Assembly (NCBI GenBank): GCA_951406725.2
Contig: OX597824.1
Coordinates: 50,158,001-50,222,000, forward strand
DNA length: 64,000 bases
Source of the DNA: Octopus vulgaris
Lineage: Eukaryota
Direction: 5' to 3'
Of the stretch, positions 55,200-64,000 are shown piece by piece. Position 1 is the first letter of the stretch. Every line of letters starts with the position of its first letter. The translations under genes and the position numbers were made by a program. The notes under the pieces are model-generated. The model worked only from the letters and a program-made list of their open reading frames with translations. It was not told where the DNA came from and searched no databases.

Positions 55200-56670
55200 G
55201 TTAGTTAGTTAATTTTTTTGGCTCAAAAAGCAAAAAAGCAAGGCCATGTAGGTGGACATGGAGTTATGTACAGGGTGGTGTTCATGTAAAGAGTTCAGGC
55301 CACTTGTGGTCAAGGGAGACTTTGAACCGAGCGGTCGTCGGCATCTTCACCATCTCGTCCGGCAGCTTATTCCACGGATCCGCAACCCGGATAGAGAAAG
55401 CCCGTCTCCTTCGATTGAGATGAAATCGTCGCAGATAGAGCTTTTCGGAATGACCCCGCAGCCGACGCTCTGGAGCAGGAGTGAAGAACAGCTCCTTCGA
55501 GAGGTTACACTTTCCGCTTATGATGTTGTGAGCAAGAATGAGATCACCACGGCGTCGTCGTTTTTCTAGAGAATAAAGGTCGAGCGTCTTCAGCCTTTCT
55601 TCATAAGACGAATTCTTGAGACCATGAACCATGCGGGTAGCCAGCTTCTGGACTCTTTCGAGATGCTCTATGTCTTTGAGGAGATAAGGAGAAGAGGCTT
55701 GAATCCCATACTCCAATATGGGTCTCACCAGCGTGACATAGAGCGGTAGGAATATGGCTGCTGTGAGCATTCCGAATGACCGTCGAATCAAGAACAGAAC
55801 TCCGCGTGTTTTGTTGGCAGCATGGACGCACTGGGCCGAAGGCGAAAAGGAGGAATCCACCAAGATACCCAGGTCCTTTACCTGATCGGTCCTCTCCAGC
55901 AGCAGACGACCCGGCTCGAAATCAAGTTGAGATGCAGGAGGAGAGCCAACAGGCAGATGACAGCACTTTGACACGTTCAGACACAGGTCCCATTCGTTAG
56001 ACCATCTCCAAATTTGGTGGAGGCATCGACGAAGATCCTCTATATCACCGCGAGGAGCGACCAGTTTGACATCGTCGGCAAACAGAAGGGTGTGTTGCGT
56101 GAGGTCGTCGGGCAAATCATTTATGAAGACTAAGAACAATAAGGGCCCAAGCACTGAACCTTGAGGCATGCCACTGCTCGCACTGGAGACGTCGGACTGC
56201 GAACCATTAACTTGGACTTGGAAGGAGCGATCTGCGAGGAAGGCACTAACCCATCGTACAATATTCGGATGGAAACTATATGCTTGAAGCTTGACAAGTA
56301 ATAGGCGGTGGTTTACCGAGTCAAAAGCTTTGGCAAAGTCCAATAAAACGATGTCAACAGCTTCACTATCATCGAGGATGCGCATCACCAAATCTTCCAT
56401 TACCAGTAAGTTGGTCAAGCATGATCTCTTCGGCACGAAGCCGTGTTGGGAATCAGAGATAGTGGCTGTGTTTTGGAGGTGGAGCATCATACTTTTCTTA
56501 AGGATGGTTTCGAACATCTTGCTGATTATTGATGTAAGGGAAACCGGTCGGTAGTTAAGCGGGTCCTCGCGGCTCCCTTTCTTGAAAATTGGGCAGATTA
56601 TCGCTGTTCTCCAGTCCGCAGGTATAACACCCGTCGCCAATGACATATTGAATAGACGTGTTAAGGGCTC
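55196..56670 (-). mobile_element. 5'-truncated CR1-group LINE with (AACT)n tail
   Basis: Uninterrupted RT frame, short 3' UTR, TAAC tandem tail, inserted in a (TG)n tract. Confidence 0.92.
55282..56670 (-). CDS. LINE ORF2 reverse transcriptase domain (truncated, open frame)
   Basis: NYRPVSLTS, QHGF, LDFAKAFD, GMPQGSVLGP, FADD, KDLG and ERVQKLAT; the frame stays open to the truncation point. Confidence 0.9.
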   Translation of the reverse strand, partial: EPLTRLFNMSLATGVIPADWRTAIICPIFKKGSREDPLNYRPVSLTSIISKMFETILKKSMMLHLQNTATISDSQHGFVPKRSCLTNLLVMEDLVMRILDDSEAVDIVLLDFAKAFDSVNHRLLLVKLQAYSFHPNIVRWVSAFLADRSFQVQVNGSQSDVSSASSGMPQGSVLGPLLFLVFINDLPDDLTQHTLLFADDVKLVAPRGDIEDLRRCLHQIWRWSNEWDLCLNVSKCCHLPVGSPPASQLDFEPGRLLLERTDQVKDLGILVDSSFSPSAQCVHAANKTRGVLFLIRRSFGMLTAAIFLPLYVTLVRPILEYGIQASSPYLLKDIEHLERVQKLATRMVHGLKNSSYEERLKTLDLYSLEKRRRRGDLILAHNIISGKCNLSKELFFTPAPERRLRGHSEKLYLRRFHLNRRRRAFSIRVADPWNKLPDEMVKMPTTARFKVSLDHKWPELFT

Positions 56671-56903
56671 GTATGTGTATGTGTGTGTGTTTGTGTATGC
56701 GTTTGTCCCATCTCACCAGTGCTGGTGTGTTTATGTCCCCATAACCTAGCGGTCCGATAGAATAAATATTAGGCCTTAAAACTTTCTGGGGCCGATTTGC
56801 TCGACTAAAACCCTTCCAGGCGGTGCCACAGAATGCCCACAGTCAAGTGATAAATAAGTAGAAGATAAAAGATAATACACACACACACACACACACACAC
56901 ACA

Positions 56904-58165
56904 TGAGAGGTGTTCAATTAAAGATTTCCTCTGACCCGCTTCTGGTTATGGCAGGAAATGGAACTTTACAAGTATAGTTGTACACATCTCTACATGTTAC
57001 ATTGTAAATTGCAGCGTTCCACTAGTATTCGTTTGTCTTTTACGGCTGTTAAAGTGGACTAAGGTGTTATAATGGAGGCAGTTGAATGCAGATCAGTGAT
57101 CAGTGATCAGGTACACTGAAAGAGACTTTTGGTGAGATGAAAGAAGTTTGTGGTGAGGATGCACCATCATACGACGTAGTCAAGCACTGGCATCACCAGT
57201 TCAAATGTGGTCAGACATTAGTGGAAACTGCTCCTATTCCTGGACAACCACATTCTGCCATTGATGATGACACCATCCATAAAGCGTAAGCTGCCATTTT
57301 GGAAGATCGCTCATAACTATTTGCCAACTAGCCGAACAAGTAAAGATAAGTGTAGGGTTCATGGAAAAAAATCATTCACGATCATCTGCACATGCGGAAG
57401 TTGTCTGCACGATGGATTCCCCAGATACTCACACCTTTACAGAAGCAGGAGCTAGTCAACTGCTTCCAGACACTTTTGGCAATGTGCCAAGAAAATAAGG
57501 AGGGCCTTCTTGCAGACTTATCGCACGGGAAGAAACATGGGTCCATCACTATGATCCTGAGACTAAAATCCAGTCGAAGCAAATAGAAGCATGATAAATC
57601 ACCACCTCCAAAGAAATCTCGCATCTAACTCTCAGCAGGCAAGGTAATGCTCACAGTCTTTGGGAGCTGCACGGAGTAGTGATGACGGATTTTCTGGCAA
57701 ACGGCACCACAATTAACGGGGCATATTTTACTTCTCTGCTGCAGAAACTGGGGTCGCCATGAAAGCAGAGATGCGTGGCATGCTGACCAAAGGATTTCGC
57801 CTCCTTCAAGAAAACGCGCATGTTACCCAGAGGAAATCACACTGCTGCGGCTATGAAATCCTTCTTCACTATCATTACTCTCCCGACTAGCACCATCTAA
57901 CTTTCACTTCTCTCCAACCATGAAGTCTTTTTGAAGGGGAAACACTTTTTCGGATGATGATGAACTTATTTCCGAGGTAAAGTCTTGACTCCAGACGTAA
58001 GCTACCGACTTCTACATACGAGGTCTTCACAGCTGCATAAAGTGATGGGAGAAGTATGTCCCCGTTGGTGGTGGCTATGTGGAGAAGAGCTAATAACTAT
58101 TTCAAGTTTAGTGTATCCCAGTCCTTGGGAAGTGGGCCAGAGGAAATTTTAATGAACACCCCTCG
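56904..58165 (+). mobile_element. Second, more degraded mariner related to 41355-42567
   Basis: TIRs TGAGAGGTGTTCAATTAAAGATTTCCTCTGACCCGCTT and AAGTGGGCCAGAGGAAATTTTAATGAACACCCCTCG. Pseudo-ORF 57072-58093: MEAVECRSVI, LSARWIPQIL, YSPD*APS. Confidence 0.88.
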
Positions 58166-58174
58166 TGTTTGTGT

Positions 58175-58700
58175 GTGACCACGGGCTCTGTGAACGATGC
58201 AAGAAGAGGAGGTCGTCGAACAACATTCCGATCAGCGGAGGACGTGGCAACAGTGCAAGAAATCAACACGTCAAGCAGCTCGTGGGCTAACAAGACACAC
58301 AATACGTACAGTGTTGCATAAAGAATTGAATTTTCGTCCGTGGAAATCCTAGAACGTGCAGGATGAAACCTGAACATTGTGACCTCAGAAGTCCAGAAGT
58401 CTAGCGCTCTAAGAAGTCAACATCTCACTCCATGGGATTTTTATTTGTGGGTTTACAAAAAAGAGGAGATATACAAGACAAAACCTCGCACGCTGGAGGA
58501 CTTCGAGACACGAACTCAAGAGATTCTATATGATATCCCAGACGACGTTCTTCAGAAGGCTGTTCATTCCAGGGATGGAATGAACAGCCTTTAAAAAAAC
58601 CGGTTGACCCCACCGGTTCCCACATTGAAATACGAAGTTTACTTTCATTTCCCCATGTAATAAAAAAGCATATCATTTGTTTCAATAAATTTGTAAAAGG
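58175..58700 (+). pseudogene. Tc1/mariner-superfamily (maT/rosa-like) transposase remnant
   Basis: RSQHLTPWDFYLWVYKKEEIYKTKPRTLEDF resembles WPPRSPDLTPxDFFLWGxxKxxVY; the N-terminal part has DARRGGRRTTFRS. Confidence 0.6.
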
Positions 58701-58779
58701 AACATGGATTTTATTACCAATTTTTAATGCCTACTTACTTTTCTCCCATCCTGTATATTACATATATATATATATATAT

Positions 58780-59146
58780 ATATATATAAACGGCAGTTTG
58801 TCTGTGCGTGTTTCTGTGTGTCTGTTTGCTTGTACCTTCACCCTGACCACGGCTTTCAACCGATTCTGATGAAACTTGACACACACATAGCCCAATGTCA
58901 TAATTCAAAACTAACGCAGCGAAAATTTTGAAAAGTTCTCCCAATTCTGAAAAAAATCGATAAATTCGACATGGGGTCCAGAATTAGAAACACAAACTGT
59001 CTAGGGGACGCAACTCCACCTTTTTTAACTAAAAAAAAAATTTACCATCATTTTTTTCCATTTTTTTGCTATTTTTTGGCTATAACTCTCTAAAAATGCT
59101 TTATAGTTATTTCCCTTACAAACCTGAGCAACGCCGGGCGATACTG

Positions 59147-59150
<4 letters not shown>
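58780..59150 (+). mobile_element. Non-autonomous Helitron, same 3' end but different 5' body
   Basis: 3' end TAACTCTCTAAAAATGCTT..CCCTTACAAACCTGAGCAACGCCGGGCGATACTGCTA shared with 44288-44356; both termini merge into (TA)n. Confidence 0.8.
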
Positions 59151-59206
<56 letters not shown>

Positions 59207-59858
59207 ATATATATATATACATATATACGTGTGTGTGTGTGTGTGCGCGTGTGTGTGTGTATTTTAGCTGTAACATAAACGTTTATAAGTCTTTAAGGCC
59301 GTACTTGTAATGATCTTGTTTACACACGCACACGCGCGCGTTACACACACACTCACACACACAGACGCACACGCGCTGAGAAAGAGGGAAATCAATGAAC
59401 TTGTTTGAATGTGACTATGTGCATGGCGGTGTGTGTGTATGCGGGTATCGAGGAAAAACGGGAACGAGAGGAAAAAGAGAGAAGAAAAGAAAGAAATAAC
59501 TGAATCAGCACAGGAGAGGAAAATAGAGTAAGCGAGAGAGGGAGGGGATATGGAGAGAGAGAGAGAGAGAGAAAGAAAGTGTGTGTGTGTGTGTGTGTGT
59601 GTGTGAGCGTGTGTGTGTGTGTGTGTGAGCGTGTGTATGAGCGTATGTGTTTGATGATACTGTTGAAAATCATTCGTGTCCACTTCATTAGCGACAAGGC
59701 AGTGACATGTGAGACACGCGATACACGCATTTAGATAGGAGTTAGCAACACACTTATAACACTACAACCTGGACAATAAGATGATCTCACACACTGTTAA
59801 TGGCCATACTACGACTGTCAATACCAACACCATATCATCGTGGTAGTCGAGGCTGCCT

Positions 59859-59909
<51 letters not shown>

Positions 59910-60663
59910 TCATCATCATCATCATCATCATTTCCATCATAATGATAATAATTATAATCATCATTATCATCATCGGCATGATGATGATAATGATGACGAT
60001 GATGATGACGACGACACTTCTGCTGCTGCTGAAGGTGTTGATGGTGATGGTTGTGATTGCAAGTACATGACGGTGGTAGCAACTGTGGAGGTGCTGAGGG
60101 TGGAGGATGTGCGGGCGGATGTGGCGAAGGCAAGGTTGGTGACCGTGGAGGTAGTGATTACCGCTTTCGTCAGCAGCAGCACCACCGCTATCAGGATATC
60201 ATCCTCATCACCACCATCACCTCCTCACAGTCACCATTATTACCACCACTGTCATGTACTTGCAATCACCACCACTATAATGACTACCAATGCGACGATA
60301 ACCACCACCAGCACCACCACCACCACCACCACCACAACCACTACCTCCACTGACACCACCAAAAACAACACCGCCATATGCAGTCATTGTACTCACACTT
60401 ATGCCTACCGTCACTACCATTGTCTCACTATTTCAATATTTAACTTTTCCATGATCTCCCCCAGCTCGATTCCCTCCATCTCTTTAATCCACTGATCTTT
60501 CCGCTTCCGGTTTTTTTATAATTGCCGGTCGAACTTCAGCTGGAGAACCTATTTGGGTCTCGCTATAACTGTACTCTAATATATCTGCGTTATTTTACAT
60601 ATATGTCAATGTGTGTGATTGTGTATTTGCATCTACGCGTGTGATTGTGTACATAGTTACATG

Positions 60664-60868
60664 GGCGAAGGCGCGTAGGTTAGTGGTTAAGGTATTTGAC
60701 TCGCTATCGTAAGGTCGTGAGGTCGATTCCCGGAGGCGCGTTGCGTCTGTGAGCAACACACTTTATTTCACGTTGCTCCAGTTCACTCAGCCGGCAAAAA
60801 TGAGTTGTACCTGCAATTCAAAGAAGCCTTGTCACATTGTATGTCACGCTAAATCTTTCTGAGAACTA
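60664..60868 (+). mobile_element. tRNA-derived SINE (family C-related, CORE-like body), 3' truncated
   Basis: TAGGTTAGTGGTTAAGG A box, GGTCGATTCCC B box, GAGCAACACACTTTATTTCAC..ACTCAGCCGGCAAAAATGAGT. Confidence 0.8.
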
Positions 60869-61229
60869 TGTATGTATGCATGTATGTATGTATGTATGTA
60901 TGTATGTATGTATGTATGTATGTATGTATGTATGTATGTATGTATGCATGCATGCATGCATGCATGCATGTATGTATGTATGTATGTATGTATGTATGTA
61001 TGTATGTATGTATGTATGTATGTATGCATGCATGTATGTATGTATGTATGTATGTATGTATGTATGTATCTATGTGTGTATCTATGTGTGTATGTAAACA
61101 TGTATGTCTGTGTATATGTAAGTATGTATATATCTCTCTATCTAATGTAGCTATATTTCTGTCTGTTTGTCGGTCGGTCTATCTATTTATCTATCTATCT
61201 GCGTGTGGTGTGTGTGTATGTATGTAATA

Positions 61230-61625
61230 CTAGCAGTATCGCCCGGCGTTGCTCGGGTTGTAAGGGAAATAACTATATAAGCATTTTTAGAGAGTTATAG
61301 CCAAAAAATAGCAAAAAAATGCATTAAAAATTGAAAAAAAATTACGGTAAATTTTTTTTTTAAATCGTTGACACATCGTAGATATTTTTAGAGAGTTACT
61401 TCCCTTATATAAAAGCGAAAAAAATGCATTAAAATGGAAAAATATGATGGTAATTTTTTTTTAAATCGTAGACTCATCGTAGACGCGCGCTAATACCCAG
61501 AAGGGCTCGATATGAATCACGACTATAAGATACCCGCTTTTGGTTAAACTGCACGGCAAAATGTGGGAGTAGTTACGAATCTAAATCGAAGGGGACAGAC
61601 ACACAACTTCACTCTTATATAAAGA
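61230..61625 (-). mobile_element. Non-autonomous Helitron copy
   Basis: Minus strand A|TC..CCCGAGCAACGCCGGG..CTAG|T; homologous to 43851-44356, with an internal ~100 bp tandem duplication. Confidence 0.88.
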
Positions 61626-61629
61626 TGCT

Positions 61630-61950
61630 TTTTTTTTTCAGTCATAGAGTTAGATTTATGAAGGTCTTCAGTAGAAAATCCTTCGAATTCTGACTCGCTG
61701 CTTGATATAATGAAATTCGTATCCATTTTTTGTCAGAATTACAAATTTCGAAAACACAATAGGAACAAATTTCGGAAAAAATCTCCCATAATTCACGGAA
61801 TTAAAATTACACTTCGATTTTTGTACAAAACTGTATTTGAAGTGTTTACGAAGTATAATACGTGATTTCACGAATGTACTAAAGATATTTACTCTGATAT
61901 TCTCATTTAAATATGAATAGGTAAATTCGGGCGGCTTGGTAACGAAAGGG
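61630..61950 (-). mobile_element. piggyBac-like left-end remnant
   Basis: Minus strand TAAA|CCCTTTCGTTACC (TTAA|CCC-like terminus), followed by an acidic N-terminus MDTNFIISSSESEFEGFSTEDL. Confidence 0.55.
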
Positions 61951-62693
61951 TTTATATAAGTGTCGTCTGTTTATACATAAACACTGTTTCATACTTTCAG
62001 TTTAGTCTTCCTCAAATCACTCTGTCGCTAATTTACTCTCTTCCAAGAACATTTTCACTCACTGTTATCTGTTAGCTTCCCATACATTTTACTCATGTAT
62101 CTATCAGCGTGATAGACAGAAACAAATATTACATTTACTTTCATTTTATTCGTCGCACACTGTGTGTGTGCGTTTGCGTGTGGTGTAAACCAGACTAAGA
62201 AAAGCATTTGACACACACACCAGAATGTGAGTTTTCTGTAAATTTTGCTTAATTGGAGTTTAAATTTTAAAAACTGGACCTGGCAGACGCGATGCATTGT
62301 ACTCTTAAAAATGGTAGGTAAATTGTAATTGAAGAAATCCTATATTGTAGATTTCTATAACTCCCAAAGGGAGGCAGATAAAATCTGCCTTTTATAATAA
62401 GAGATATAGGCACAGGCATGGCAGTGTGATTTGGTGCCGCTGGAATGTTGATCTCACTTCTAATAACACCATGTGAGCTGACTTGAGCAATAGCAGCCCA
62501 GACTCCAGTAGCCATCTTGGACCCCATTCGTCTAACGGAGGCTGATAAGCTAGGGTTCTGTAAGAAGCCAACAACATTTTGCATGGAGTCACATCAAACT
62601 GTTTTAAATAATAATATATGCAACTTTTACTAGATGTATTGAGTGCCTCTTTCATTTGTCAACTCAACCTCGTACATACATCATACATACATA

Positions 62694-64000
62694 TGTCTAC
62701 TCCTTATGCAGAGTTCGACCGCCTCCTGTACCTACACCTTAGCACCATAATGGCATCAAATGTGGCTTTTTAAACAAATGTTCTGAAAAGACATCCACAC
62801 AGATTGCGCATCCGATTTGGACCACCAAGAGCTGCAGATAAATTCTGATCTGTGTGGATCTTAAAATGTCTTTCGAGGCATCCGTTGGATTTGCAAACCT
62901 TCTGGCATACACTACATTTAAAGGTGTGCACAGACATATAGTCACAATAGTTGGTTGAGGTTCGTTTTCCATGCGCTCGTAGATGAGATTTGAGGCCAGA
63001 TAAATGGTCTATCACAGATTGTGCACACAAAAAGTTCATTGTCATTCAGCTTCTCTATCGTTACATTGTTCCTTAGATCTCTTTTGAGTCTTACATGCGT
63101 TATCCTGGCCTCTTCAAATGCTTCCACTCCACTCCACATTTTTGTTCGCCATCCGACTCGATCCGAAGCAAGGGTTCCTATGTCTACTGGATCTATTCCA
63201 AGTGACTTCATAATGGTCCTTATGCCGTCCTTAAACCTTTTTTGTTAGGATTACGCCGATAGCGTTTCCCGTCTGTAAGCTCACCATAAAACAGCTGTTT
63301 CGGCATGCGTTCATCTCATTCGATTCCTTAAAATCATAGATTTAATTGTCGCGATGCTTGCAGATGAAAAGAGATCTGTGTGTGAAGTTTAAGAAATCCA
63401 TTTAATTTTTAAAATGCGATGAAGGCATTTTTGGTGGAATTCTTCTAACAATTTGAAATACCTTTCATAACATGTACAAGTTTCACAGGAATACGATAGA
63501 GATGGAAAGACAAATGATTTGTAAAGAGTCAGCTTTGTATTCTTATTTATATGTCGCTGGCACCAAACGCGTGACTCCAAGCTACCAAATGCTTTTGCTG
63601 CCCTTTGAATTCGCACCTGTCTTTCTGTATCAAAATTTCCATAATTTTGAACAGAGCTTCAAAGGTAGATGAATGAATCGACAATCTCAAGTAACTTTCC
63701 CTTCACAAAAATTTTAGTGTGGTTACAAACAGCACCACACGCAGGTTGATGCATTACAACTGTTTTTTTTTTCAAGTTGATGGTCAAGCCAAAATGAACA
63801 CAAGCCGATTCAAATGCAGATACAAAAAACTGCAGACCTGTTTCAGAATGACTAACAAGATCGCAATCCTCAGCGAACAAAAGTTCCCTGAGTGAAGTAA
63901 AAACCTTCGTTTTAGATTTCAGTCTGGTCAGATTAAAAACATTCCCTGTTGTTCGATATTTTATGTAAATAACCCCCTCAGAGATTTTAAAAGCATGTGA
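62694..64000 (-). mobile_element. Degraded RTE-clade LINE (RT to C-terminal C2H2 fingers and 3' UTR), continues beyond the window
   Basis: [68 protein letters not shown] and LASDRVGWR; multiple frameshifts. Confidence 0.9.

Larger units (their letters stand above)
54950..56875 (+). mobile_element. SINE family A split by a LINE insertion (halves at 54950-55036 and 56672-56875)
   Basis: 5' body GTGTCTTCTAGTGTAGCCTC..GCCTTGTGAGTGGATTTGGTAG and 3' body GCTGGTGTGTTTATGTCCCC..GATTTGCTCGACTAAA flank the LINE. Confidence 0.8.

Overview
AT-rich, microsatellite-saturated eukaryotic DNA, most consistent with an octopod cephalopod; this is inferred from the tRNA-derived SINE families and the (TA)n/(CA)n/(TACA)n load. 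No host protein-coding gene can be supported, and almost all short ORFs in the track are translations of microsatellites. The window is a transposon landscape. Retroelements: a near-intact CR1-group LINE (ORF1 remnant with a CCCH finger plus APE-RT ORF2), a 5'-truncated CR1-group LINE nested inside a SINE, two copies of an RTE-clade LINE with tandem C-terminal C2H2 fingers, a degraded R4/Dong-type REL element next to a (TAA)n tract, several degraded Penelope-like RT/GIY-YIG remnants, and three SINE families. DNA elements: two irritans-like mariners and a mariner MITE, non-autonomous Helitrons, a piggyBac-like end, and foldback elements, one carrying a telomere-like array. The most notable signal not in the ORF track is a set of type I hammerhead-ribozyme motifs in small microsatellite-flanked elements. 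One, at 37412-37502 on the minus strand, has all conserved core nucleotides.
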